DNA of 60,149 bases, the filler included, from Sphacelaria rigidula (taxonomy: Eukaryota), in the NCBI GenBank assembly GCA_964200075.2. It is 4 parts of 4 records of this genome, joined end to end, with 100 filler letters (N's around TTAATTAATTAA, not from the genome) between each part and the next. Parts side by side here need not be neighbours in the genome. Positions count along the whole stretch, not along the records: positions 1 to 14,963 come from CAXNAA020001972.1; positions 15,064 to 30,025 come from CAXNAA020001973.1; 2 more parts are not named here. One strand, 5' to 3'. Below the pieces are notes generated by a model, which saw only the letters and a program-made list of their open reading frames with translations, was not told the origin of the DNA and made no database searches. This document shows, piece after piece, positions 1 to 19,300 of the stretch (positions within the stretch are counted from its first letter, which is position 1; every line of letters starts with the position of its first letter). The position numbers and the translations under genes were made by a program.

Positions 1-722
1 AGTAGAGTCGCTCATTTTGATAATACCTCCTCGACTACTCGTCTATTCGATTACTCCATAATGATGAGTAGCGCTCTGTATTGAAAGTAATATCGGAGGC
101 GTTGCGAGGTATCGAGAATGAACTGCCGTGGGTGGGGGCTGGTGAGATGGGGCGCTGGGGCAGGTAGGTTCACTCCCCTGCACGTTTTTTTAATTTCTTT
201 ATGGCCATCGTTCGCCCATGCATTCAACATAGTCTATAAAGTGACGTCACGAAGTCGCCGACGGTCAGGGGTACTCACCATACCCAAGGGGTACTCTATA
301 CTCAAGTATTACTGAGAGTGGTTACTCAATATTTGAGTAGAGTATTTGAGGTCGTACTCGATCTACTCAAAGATTGAGTAGAGTATTTGAGGCCGTACTC
401 GACGTATTCAAAACTTGAGTAGAGTATTTGAGATCATACTCAACGTACTCAAAATTTGAGTAGAGTATTTGAGGTCGTCCTCAACGTACTCAAATTTTGA
501 GTAGAGTATTGAGGTTATACTCAAGTGATACTCTCTACTCGAGTGTTGCCGAGAGTGCTTACTCAATATTTGAGTAGAGTATTTGAGGTCGTACTCGACG
601 TACTAAAAATTTGAGTAGAGTATTTGAGGCCGTGCTCGACCTACTCAAACGTCGAGTAGAGTACATACTCGAGTATTTTACTAGAGTACTCGAAAATACA
701 TACTCTACTCGACCTACCCTTG
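1..722. mobile_element. MITE-like non-autonomous element, left end cut by the window edge
   Basis: The window starts AGTAGAGT, the reverse complement of ACTCTACT at 702-709, which lies within the right terminus ACTCTACTCGACCTACCCTTG (702-722). The interior is packed with TACTC/GAGTA motifs and a 41-bp array. No credible coding capacity. Confidence 0.55.
333..660. repeat. 41-bp tandem repeat in two blocks (5 + 3 units)
   Basis: Unit ~TTGAGTAGAGTATTTGAGGTCGTACTCGACGTACTCAAAAT starts at 333, 374, 415, 456, 497 and again at 570, 611, 652. Both blocks are preceded by GAGAGTGSTTACTCAATA, implying a ~237-bp higher-order duplication. Confidence 0.9.
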
Positions 723-2016
723 CAGGTATCCTGCAGTGCCCTTTATCGAGACTCTAGCTGCGGTACCTCTACAACTGAAGTTGGCACACCCAGGGGAAGA
801 GGTGAAATCCCTTCCGAAGGCTCCCATGCATGCTAGTGATAGCTGACAGATTGTGATTTGTCCAACGAAGGACGATTACGTCTCTTTCGACTTTGTACTT
901 TTATGTGAAATCCATGCTTATATCCAATTTCATTGTCGAATTCAGAGCACCGCCGGCGATACGAACAGTACATACACAAAATGACGAGCTTAATCTTGAA
1001 GTTGCGCTAGACATTTGGGTTGCAATACAGTGTGGTGAGCGATAATGCCACTGCTCGCGTATTGTGCATTCTGAGCTTGATACTGCAACCGTTTGCCGTG
1101 TGTCATGGTAGACTTGGTGCAGTGCGGCAAGGAAATTTGAGGTGGGAGGAAGCCTGATCTCGGAGGTGGCCTGTTCGGTACCGATCGATCTTCTAGCAGC
1201 TACACGTATCTCCTTTGTCATGAAGATATAAAGCACGGCGTGATTGTTTCAAATTTCCTAGTATGAGCGCATGCTGAATTGCCCTCGCGAGGTCTGCAAC
1301 GCTGGGCGAGTGAAACGGCCGTAATATCTGGTCGACCGTTACGAACGCAGACTCGGAAATAGCCCCTTTCTGACTTTAGAATGCCACTGGTGACGAATAT
1401 ACAGCACACGACAGAGGCCGGAATATGACGGTTACGCTGCTTGGTTCGGTTGTTTAGTTATTCGATGGAGTGACGACATGGCGTCCAGTTTTAGATTGTT
1501 AGAAACTCTGCGATGATAGCATGTGATTGTACGTCTAGCAAGTGCCGATGTGAGTAATCAGAACGTCGTAGAGCCTTTGGTGGTGTAATATTTGGGCAGG
1601 CTAACTGCATTTTCAAAGAAGACAAGAAGATTGGCTGCGTCATTGAAAAAACGACAAGGCCTTCAAGGTGGAATCCCGATAGATTTGTCGGTCGGGCGTT
1701 CATAGTACACGGAGCATGTTGATGTATTGCGGAGATCTTGTGATCTTACAAGACCGTACGAAACAAAGTAAAACGGGGCCGAATAGTGTGTTGCTCCTGT
1801 GTGGAAGACAAACACGCGATCAACTGAATCGAACCGCTCCTCTACAAGCACAACTGTCTCGTTTCAGGAACACGTAGAGGCTGACAGCAATGCCAATACA
1901 GCCAAAAACGTGCAGTCATGAAAGTCTCACGAAATTCTCACCGTGTCGAACCAACAGCATTAGGTTACACACGCGTATTACGCCTTTTTTTTCCGATCGC
2001 ATCTGCATATCTGCAG

Positions 2017-3792
2017 ATTCAGTCTCTAGTTCGAGGTCAGCAAGCGCGAAGCCGTAGAAGAAGGAAACGTGGCGAGGATTTGCACCCCCAAACTCCCGCG
2101 GGCGCGACCGAGACTGATGTTCAGGCCACGACAATTCAAACCACCTGTCGCCAAGAACAACGGAAGAGTGATGGGGCAATAGAAATCAAGCGAGATAGCG
2201 AGCACGACACAAATAGTATCTCTCTTCAATCCGCCCGCGATGACTTGGAGCGGCATTTGAAGTCGATATCATCCCTGCTGGATTCTCTCGCGGTTGAGAC
2301 AAGCGGTGAAAGGTCAAGATGGGATTCGCCGTCGCGGGGAAAGAGTGAAAATGTCGCTGGGCGGGTGAGCAGTTCCCAGCGTGAAGCAATGGCTGTCGTG
2401 GCCAAGTTTTTGGAAACCAACCAAGAGGACGGCCTAGCCAAACCGCCGTTTGAATTGCTGCGTTCGATGTACGGCTTACTCGGAGAGCTCAGGCAGACCT
2501 TGTCGTTACTTGTAACGGCAGTCGACGAGACCGGACACGCCGAAGAAGGTCTTCGCACAGTGTGTAGCTCTCTCATGGAATCTTTTGCAGGTGCACAGAT
2601 TGTTATAGGGGAAATAAGAGACGCAGTGGGCGCAGGAGACAACGAGCTGTTAACGGCCGGGCTTTTACTAGTCGCCTCATCCGCACCAACGATCCACACG
2701 CATCGATTACCAGCGGGTAGCGGTAGAGCGGTAGCGGTCGCTGCGGCATCGGGAAAAGGTGGAATACTTGTTTCCCCAAGAGAACGAGAATCCACTTCGC
2801 AGCCGACATTTCACGGCAATGCACTTGTGCTTGACAAGGTGCCGCCAGCACACGCCGCCCAAGAAAAGGATCGTGTCAAGTTGAATACTCTTAGCGTTGG
2901 TGATGTTGGACGATTGCTTCGATCGGAAGGATTTTTAGGTGAGGCTGCACGGTTTATATCACAGTCTGTGGACGGGGCGATGCTGAGCGATCCAAACCTC
3001 TGCGAAACAGACTTCCTGGAGCTGGGGCTGGGTCAGACTGTTGGTGAATCAGGTGGTGTGAGTGACGACGGGACCTCGATAGCTCGGCTGCTGGCGTTTT
3101 TCAGGGCATGCCAAACGGACGGGGTTGCGGAGCTGATCTCTACCGTAGAACATGATGATGACGATTGTGAAATTGATCGAGGACCGGACCGCGAAGGTTT
3201 CGGAAGCATACCTGGTGCTGAGGCGATCGGGCCGGGGATGGAGGGGATGGAGCCGAAGGGAGCTTTGGCGACGAAAGCGAGTGATGCCTCCTGCGGAGAA
3301 TTGTGGAGTCGAAGTTCAATGGACCTGAACCGCGAAAACCAAACCATCGTCGCTGACGTCTCGCTCGATACCGTGGAAGACGTGGAGGATGACACGGCGA
3401 CGCCTCCACTGGCACGACCAACCAGCGGAGGGACGGTGGTGACTGGTGGTGGAAGACGCATCTCAGTCAAGTGTAACAGTGGAGTTGTGGTTACAGTGGG
3501 CGGCCTAGAGCCCGCCCTAGTTAGTAACATCGATGACCTCGGGAACACCGAGGTCAACGGTGGATCGGCAGACGTAGAACGACGCGAGTCTTCTGCGACA
3601 AGTAGGACGTGTCGATCTCTTGGTAATAATGCCGGGCGAAGGGGCACCATAGGGTTAACTGCGGTGATCCTAGACGCGGAAGACGATACATCCGTCACAG
3701 AGAACCGACGTTTGTCACAGGGGCCGCGTGAAGGATTGCCTCCGGAGATGGTTGTGATGACAGGGAATGAAACAATAGATATATTTCGATAG
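2017..3792 (+). CDS. Large terminal exon (or single-exon ORF from 1918) of a protein with a helical region and a SAM-like domain
   Basis: 624-codon ORF 1918-3792. Pyrimidine tract and in-frame CTGCAG acceptor end at 2016. LNTLSVGDVGRLLRSEGFLGEAARFISQSVDGAMLSDPNLCETDFLELGL (2881-3030) fits the SAM pattern (SV.DV..WL.S.G...A..F....IDG..L..L.E.DL.ELG). Upstream exons not resolved. Confidence 0.6.
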   Translation: MQSLVRGQQARSRRRRKRGEDLHPQTPAGATETDVQATTIQTTCRQEQRKSDGAIEIKRDSEHDTNSISLQSARDDLERHLKSISSLLDSLAVETSGERSRWDSPSRGKSENVAGRVSSSQREAMAVVAKFLETNQEDGLAKPPFELLRSMYGLLGELRQTLSLLVTAVDETGHAEEGLRTVCSSLMESFAGAQIVIGEIRDAVGAGDNELLTAGLLLVASSAPTIHTHRLPAGSGRAVAVAAASGKGGILVSPRERESTSQPTFHGNALVLDKVPPAHAAQEKDRVKLNTLSVGDVGRLLRSEGFLGEAARFISQSVDGAMLSDPNLCETDFLELGLGQTVGESGGVSDDGTSIARLLAFFRACQTDGVAELISTVEHDDDDCEIDRGPDREGFGSIPGAEAIGPGMEGMEPKGALATKASDASCGELWSRSSMDLNRENQTIVADVSLDTVEDVEDDTATPPLARPTSGGTVVTGGGRRISVKCNSGVVVTVGGLEPALVSNIDDLGNTEVNGGSADVERRESSATSRTCRSLGNNAGRRGTIGLTAVILDAEDDTSVTENRRLSQGPREGLPPEMVVMTGNETIDIFR

Positions 3793-6286
3793 TTGTTTTG
3801 CCAGTGGACCGTCGCGAAGCTCATGACCTGTGATACTTCGCAACGGTATCAGCATTAGTGGGTCGGCTTTTGCTCGTCACAACGGTCATCACATAAATTG
3901 CTGTGTCCAATTGGCACAGAGCCACGGACTAGGTTGCACGCATGGCGCAACGTCGATGCGATGTAGCCGCAACAGGATTACTCAGACGTCCGTTTGGGAA
4001 TACGACATAGTACTGTCCGCGTCGATGCAGGTGTGCTTGTCCAAGGCTCCGTTTGTATTGTTTTGCAAGCAACTCACGACGGCCATCTATACCTTGCCAA
4101 AGTGTCACAGCAACTTGCTGTGCATCCCGTTGGTGCAACGGCCACGGACCTGACAATCGGTCGCCACGACGTTTCCAACCCCCGAAGGGGTATCACAAAT
4201 GTCCATACTCCGCCTGAATTTTTCAGCTTCATGTGCATGGAGGGACTACGGCCCATGCAAGTAGAAATGAGGGACATTCCTCAACGGAACCCAAGAAGAA
4301 TAAGGATGAAGTAGGATGATCCCGGTCTCCGCTACACTCCTTACGTCGACTCCGTCAGGAATGGTGTTCATCCGTGTTCATCAGAGCCAACTGGCTCGAT
4401 GTTTTTATTTCCCACCGTAACCATGTTCACGGGCCTTTCCATGTGCCGTCGTTTCTATCATATCATTTCTTCCAGGCTCGGCCCCGAACTTGTGGGATTC
4501 ATGTTGCCACCGTCTTGTTTCATATACCGTTTCCTTCTTGTGTGTGCAAGCATTGAGGCACGTGACCTGTTGGGTACGAGATCTACGAAGCGGGTTGATA
4601 AGCCTGCACTCCGCAATCTCGCCCCTGCCTTTTCAGAACCCGCCGATCCAACGAAGAATCTTCTCGTTCTACGCGTGTATCGTTTCGTCTAAGCTCTGTT
4701 TTTTTTGCAGGCACGTCTTCGCGTAGCGACTTTTTTTCTCGCTATTTATTCCAAACCCCTCCGTTTCTGGGGAGAAAATGCGTGGTCGGGAGGAATCACA
4801 ATTTCTCCACCGGTACCCGCCTGAGATTTTGCTATGAAGGATTGGGTCGGCACTTCTACACCCCGTCGACTCTCTTCGAGTTTTCTCTGCTGCTCGCGCC
4901 GTTGCGCTTTCAACGACGGAAACCAGACTCTGCTCGAGAAGATCGCATCTGTCTGGATTCAAATCCGTAACGTTCCACCCTACCGAGCTGTTGGTGTACA
5001 GTAGCAGTGAAACCACCGAAGCGCAGCGACTAAAAGTGTTCGTGGAATGATATCGTGACAAATCTCAAGATCCAGACAAAAGGGGGAAACGTACCCGCAG
5101 TTTTCTTCTTAGTCAATTTTCTCCTGAAACGTGAAATCTTATCGGCTAAAGAGTCTTGACGAACGGATTGATGCCGTTCACAGCTCATGAGCGATAGATA
5201 GCGTTTTACCCTCGGACCCTCACTTTCTTCTTGCACTTTGCACATCTTCGCCATCGACATCAACACATGTCGACCATTCTAGCGAAATTGGGAGGCTAGA
5301 ATATTGCTAGTGCTACACTCTTGCTTCCGCCTGCAGTCAAGACTATCTCAACTGAAAAAGCATAACTTCTTTGCGAGTATACATTGCACAGTACGCCAAA
5401 GTCATTTCAACGGATCACCCGTGTAGCTGAAGTCTTCTGAAAGACACTTAGACACCTCATATACTATTTTTTGCCTGACTTCACTCGACTCCTACCATAG
5501 GCTGCTTTTCAAAACCCGCCGAACCACCATAGTAAAATACTATCAAATGATACCTCAGCTATAGACGCCACAATTACACAACTTTGCCGATCTCACGTCA
5601 AGGTTCACGACTATCGAAAATAATTACACTTCCAACGCACACCCATCTGAAACTGACACAGATCGCCGAAACCACAGGTTGACACACACAAAGCGAAACC
5701 GCCTCCATTTCATGAACAAATGTGTTATTTCCCGCTTCCATCTCCGCTCCAAGCTTGCTCCTATGAAGGACGCGTGGACAATGACTCGACCAGTCAGCTT
5801 GAAAACTTCGATTTCGAAGCGGACTACCCCGCCGTCTCCTAGGGAGTACTTCGCAGCACGCAGGCAGTGGCGCCGGCATCATCATCTGGAATTTTCCCTC
5901 GCTTCGTTTCGAACAGGCCGATTCTTTTGCTGGGGCTCCCTGATCCCACTACAGACGATGGCGGGTGGGTAGGTGGCCCGCGATAGCAACAGGGCGATCA
6001 AGACCGGTTAGAATAAGCGTGCTGCTGTGTTGAAATGTGGAAGCTTGAAGTAGCATCACGATCGGTGGGCACCATCCTGATATTCTCTGGACTGCGGGGC
6101 ATGCGTTCGGTACTGACGCTCTGGTATCCGCAGGGAATGAAAACCATTATTGCGTAAGCGTGACACAGAAACGAGATAAATTGTCAGCTCACCTGCAAAT
6201 ACTATCCGTCTAAGTTGGGTTTCTGATTCGCTGCTAGCAAGATAAATACTGGCTAATATCCCGTTTGGTGTTTCCTCCAGGTGCTC

Positions 6287-13430
<7,144 letters not shown>

Positions 13431-14963
13431 CTGCTCGGATAGTTTCACATGATGCGTGGACAAACCGAAATGGAAAAGAAGGGTGAGCCAGGATCTACAC
13501 TTCTACGACATGATCTGATACCTTCGTTTCACCGACAACGAGAGCGGAAGTAAAGCATTGCCCTACAGTGTTAAGGCTGATGAGCATGCGTCCTCGGGAG
13601 GGCGGAATATCCACGCAGGAGGGGGGGCGGATTCGAAGCTAATCACTCCACATTTGAAGGCCAATAAAAAAAAGCATGATGGGCTATGCACTAGACCCAT
13701 GAACACTTTTCGTTCTTGGTGATTGACAACAAGAGCAAAATCTACTCCATAAGGAGGTGATATCAAAATGACGCGCTGCATTTCGCTTGTACAAGTGTCT
13801 GCGATGCCAAAAGGATACTAGATATAGGCAGCAATGGTATTGCTGTCTGGAGAATATTGTTTGAATGTAACACCGAAGACCAAAACGTGGGGGGAAACAA
13901 CCGTGAACAATAACATTCTAGGTGATCTCGGTTCTCGTCAAACCGACTAGAAAATGACGCCCCGGATGGGGTGCATTTTCAAGTCCAAAAGTAATCTGAG
14001 GTTGCACACCAAGGCCCAGATGCTTATCATCGAGCGCCTCCTAAACTGAAGAGCCTCAGAAATAAATTGTGCAGCCCTACTGTACGACCACTCTAGACAA
14101 TACCTGGCTATCTTGCTCCTGCGGTTGGAAACGGTGTATATGGGATTTATCTCTGTTAATGGATATTTTCACACATTTTTTTATCATCATGCCATGCTTC
14201 CCTGTACCTTCTTCTACTTCCTCCGAACTTGCTCCACCACCGAGTGACGATCACAGGCATGGTACAGTATATTAAAAACGAATACAAATAACCCATCGGA
14301 AGTACACGGCAGCGGGCTTGCGCAGTATTGCAAGCTGTAACTTGTGAGTGTCGGTGTTTGAGTCGATCAAAAATAGCACCGAGGTCTTATTCAGGATTTT
14401 AGTTCCAATAAATAAGTGCTTCACCCCTCGTCGCTGAAGGGGCCCGGTCTGGACAGCTCTGCCGGGATTCCACGATCGTCATCGTCACCAAAACAGGAGT
14501 AACATGTAAAGCCATACAGCAGTTGCCGGAACTCATTAATGGCGTGATCAAACATGATATATATTTAGACAGTTCCGAAAACATATGTGTTTTTCTCCGG
14601 AAGTTGTCTTCTAGGAAGTACTTTTTGATCCCCGTTACTGTTTCCTTATTCTTGTTTTTTCTCTGAGCTGCATCATGACTGCTGTGTCTCGCCCCTACAC
14701 CGCTGACGGATGAGAGTCCCTGCCCGATAATGTGATCTCAAGATAGCATAGCCGCAACCTGCTTTCACGGGGTTAGTTTTTTCACGGGATTCCTCGCCTC
14801 AAGTTCCTCACAAGGGCGTGCCGAGTGTTCCCTGGGGACCGATACTAGATATTGGCCTGGCATCTTTATCGCCCTTGTTTTCTCTCGTGGTCGTTCCTTT
14901 TCCTTCCATATGTTTATTCTAGTTTTTTTTATTACAGCCCCTCCCCCCCCATCCCGATTTTTT

Positions 14964-15063
14964 NNNNNNNNNNNNNNNNNNNNNNNNNNNNNNNNNNNNN
15001 NNNNNNNTTAATTAATTAANNNNNNNNNNNNNNNNNNNNNNNNNNNNNNNNNNNNNNNNNNNN
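14964..15063. other. Artificial linker between concatenated sequence pieces
   Basis: N44-TTAATTAATTAA-N44 (stops in all six frames). Identical linkers recur every 15,062 nt. Confidence 0.97.
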
Positions 15064-16377
15064 GATCAAACCCGCGATATCAATATGTAAGGCGCGTACT
15101 GGGGGAAGGGGGGGGGGGGATACGTTGATCCATGGAGACCGCATATACACGTCCCCAGGAAGGAGAGGAGTTAGAAGTGAGAACAAAAGAAAAGGAAAAA
15201 AAAAACTCCTGAGCTCAACTTGAAAAAAAAAAGCACTTCAAAAGCAATTTCAGGTATGAAAAAAAGGTGGAATGCTCACAGATGAACAGAGAGGGGGAGA
15301 GAAAACAACCTCCGAGTAAATGGTCAAAATGACCAGGTCTAACTCTGAAAGCGAGGGAGCAGGAAAATATCACGAAACAGGGAGTATTTGCTCTGTTCAC
15401 AGCCTGTAGTGATACGAGTACATGATGCCCGAGTGTGCAGCCAACATCTTGTGAGGCAAATCCAAAATTTCGAACAACACGTTGCACAAGTGACACGAGA
15501 TGCGGCACATACCCAAGGGTGGCATGAATTTTCCATTCCTACATCAGTTCAAAACAAAGGATTGCTCAAGAGACAGTGATCCCGGATATTGTTCGCGGCG
15601 GCAAATGCTGTGTTCGATATAAGTTGTGCATACGTCAACGGCGACAGTGTCAGCCTGGCAACCCCCCCGAATCAGCAGCTTCAGGTCTTGAAACACTCGG
15701 CGGCCCGTAAAACTGATTTCAGCAAGTACAAGTGTCGTCGGTCGCCAATATGTCTTCTTCATCGTCCGAAAAATGTCCTCCCCCCTGCTGCATACTACAG
15801 TACCCTCTCCTTTTCCCGAGCTGCACTATAACCTCGCCGAGCTGTCCCCTTAGCTACGTAACGCCACGACCATATTTGGTGCGCTTGGGCCCTCAAGCCC
15901 AATACATATTTCTTACAGCACAAATGCAAACTTGAACCTGCTGGCATAGCAGTGCCCTAGCGATGCTGAACAACACCCCCCTCCCCCTCTGCGATAATTC
16001 CTACCTCGATTCTTCTCGGAAAACTGCGGTGCCTTGCAGTGACACCAGAAATTGCGCCATCGGAGAGAGGGATGCTGAAGTTTTACATACAAATGTTTTT
16101 TTCTTGTTGACAATGCGGCGGCGACAACTTCCTCATCTCGATCGCAGAAAACGTTTTCCGTAAAAAAACACACACCACACATTGTGCGTAATGACCCACC
16201 GTACGACAGCTCCCCCCTCCCCTCTCCCCCCCCCGTTCTAAGGATGTAGGTGTAATTGCAAATAAGAGTACCCAGCCCGCCGTTTTCAGTTGTTGTCAAT
16301 TCTTTCAGACGCAGGCTGTTGTTGAAGTCGTCCCCCCCTTCCCTCCCCGGAGTTGAACTTTCCCAACTTTTTATTAC

Positions 16378-19300
16378 CTGGGCATTCCTGGACTGTTGTT
16401 GTCGGTGCTGATGTTGCCGCGGGACGAGAACCATGATTCGGCTTCCTCCGCTAACATCTGGGGGACATCGCACCTGCATCATCAGACAACACCCGGCCAA
16501 CCCCCCCCCCCGTGAATCATCGAACAAAGAACGAAAAAATGATCAAAACTGGGTCGAGGGCATCCTCGATCATCACCATCGAATATTCTACTTTCATGGT
16601 CGAGTGCCCAATAATGGCTACTCTCTCGTATCTTGAGATAGAGATGTCGCGTGGCCATTGCTCTTGATAAAAAGCTACCGGATGAAAAACTATGACCATT
16701 CAGTACGCTTACGTACTTCCTTCCTTGCTTGGTTGATTTCCATTTCGTCTACAGTAGAGGCAAGCATTCAACAGCAACACAGCTTGTCGAACTTGGCTGA
16801 TCCTCTTGCATTTTGTAGATACACACACATATATATATACCAACACGTGACTTTTTTTTACATGAAGCTCTTCGAAACACGGGATCGTCCGCGCACGCGA
16901 TTGGGGCAGCATCTTTTCCGCACGCATGGTACAAAAGGGACTCTCGGACCAAAATGACACCATCAAGAGCTGTATCTTATCCATCCCCTCTGCGTGTAGC
17001 TGCTGATTGATAAACACCGGACTATATATTATCTAGACTCCCTTTCCCCCGGTCAATACAGTTCTGCGGCACAAAAGCGAGTGACAAACTCACCACCATT
17101 GGCAAACCGCCTGCCATAACCTGGAACTCCTCTCCAGGCCTCACTCCAGGCGGCACCGTCACCGTGTACGGTATAGAATCATTTTGCTGGCGCCCCCCCG
17201 CGCCTGGGATGGAGTATGCTCCCGGATTTTGGTCCACCTATTTGCGCGCGAGAGAGAGACGGGCAGGCAGAAGGGGAGGATAAATATAGCACAGGCAGAG
17301 GACGGCATGTCAAACGAGGAGTGGAGGAGCGAGGGAGGCAGACTTCACACGGGTTCGACATCGAGTCACCATAGCTGCACACTCTGGGAAATTGACACAA
17401 CGATAGCTCATTGCTTGCTTAATAATAGCGGGGGCGAACCTATCGATATACATATGTATATATTGTAGAGCACGATAGATGGTGAAACACATGTACTTAC
17501 GCGTATTTCAAGGGACAACGGGTGTTGTCAGCGTCGACCAACAGTCTACTGCAACTACACTAGATAGAGACCACTGAACATCGATGGAAATTGTACACAG
17601 CAGTAGATTGTTGGATGTGTCTATCGATAGTCACCGCCGTCATCAAAAGATCGAGTAAGTCATGTATCAATATCCATTGTCTTCATCAACACATGTGGTG
17701 AACAATATATCGATACGATAGTCCGCACGCAAACTGGGCGAACTCGATTTGTTTTTTCTTCTCACGTATTACTTTTCCTTAGCACTCGAAAGTGCTTGAA
17801 TCGATAGATACTGGGAAAAAAAAGGACGTGCGCAGGACACAATCCCCAAGTAGGTGTTGTCGGGGTGATACGGAGTTAAGACCTCGTTATCAGTGGGTGT
17901 TACTGACCGTTATTGAACAAAAACACGGCGTTTTGGCTCTAGCGAGTGAGCAGGCAAAAGTGCGGGGATATATATATATATATTTAGTTGTTCACACGAG
18001 AATTATCAGGATTGGTTTAATCGAGCAATAATACTCAAGAGTCTTAACCTGGGACTGCGCAGTTGCAGGACCCCGAGAAAGTCGTTCAATACTGAGTGCA
18101 AAAATGATTGTCCCTTCGGAATGTGAAGCGGACGCAAACATCTTCCGAACCCCAAACGTTGAGGTCATACATTGACTGTGATGAGCAGTGGCACGCAAAA
18201 TCGCCGAAAAAAACACTTACAAAATTTGCATAATTCACATGCGGACGGGCTACTGTGGCTTTTGCCGACAACAAAGTATTATTGTAGGGAGCGACTATCG
18301 ATAGACAATACCGCCAACAACAGGTTTAAAATCAATATATTCATATATACGTGTGGGTGGACACTGCTCACTGCAGCGGTCTTCCGGCATCACCGGCAAT
18401 AATCCTAATACGTGCTCATCTACCTCAGGCGATAGCTGGCAACATCCACATAAAAATGTATGTATCAGTAGCTATTGATCGATGCCGTTCAGCTCCCGTC
18501 GTGGCTAGCAATAGATTTTGGTGGCCACGGCTCAGATTATTTCATGACCGGCATATTACATTGATGGCCGCAATTCAAATCCTGTTGTGGTCAACAATGT
18601 ACATTGGGCACCGAGTCCATGGGGACGGGTCGTTACGGGAATATTAAACTGAAATGAGCGATTTTTTCGTTGTTTTCCATGATCTTTGTCGGGTTTTTCC
18701 CTGGATACACGTGCGCTACTCAAACTCTATCTGACGCAGAGGGTCAACAAGAGTGCACCGTTTGATAATTTGTTGTCTGGACCTGCTCTGGGCTTTATTT
18801 CCATCGGTTAGCTTGCTGCAGCCTAGTACAGAAGCAGGGGGAGAGCTGAAAAAAAGATGAGCAGTCAGCATCGATAATATTTATGATAAGCATCAAGTCA
18901 TCAAGCAAGCGAAGCGTACTGTGTACCTTCGAAAGGAAGTGGCGTTCTAGCACACGGGATCGTAAACTCAAGAGAGATACATTACTGCGTTAGCTATCTG
19001 ATGCCCCGTGTGTGGAGTGCTTGGTTGTCTCCAGCTCTGTACCTCAACAACTTTCTGTTGCGATACCGACCGACTGTATCTGTGTTGCACAAAGATTCGC
19101 GAGCGCTGGCCAGCCAGTTGGTACTGTGTTTTTTATGTCTGTACGGCACCGATCAACGCGAGCCATCGAGAACAATAGCACGACAGCCTACAAAGGGGAG
19201 CCAGCCGCGTTGATGCGGGTACAGTCTTTTTTCTCGGGTTATGTTCCATCCAAGCAGCATGAAACAACACACGATGACGATGGACTTGTCTTAAACAATG

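Noticed and set aside
333-660. CRISPR-like regular repeats
   Set aside because: Units are contiguous 41-mers with no unique spacers; eukaryotic context and no cas genes.
726-1917. Possible small upstream exons of the SAM-like gene
   Set aside because: Candidate AG/GT-bounded segments exist, but I could not chain them in consistent phase or recognise any motif.
13434-16377. Joining the MGN/VPPG exons to the MAPK exons as one minus-strand fusion gene
   Set aside because: They are separated by an artificial linker, and the kinase N-lobe exons are missing.
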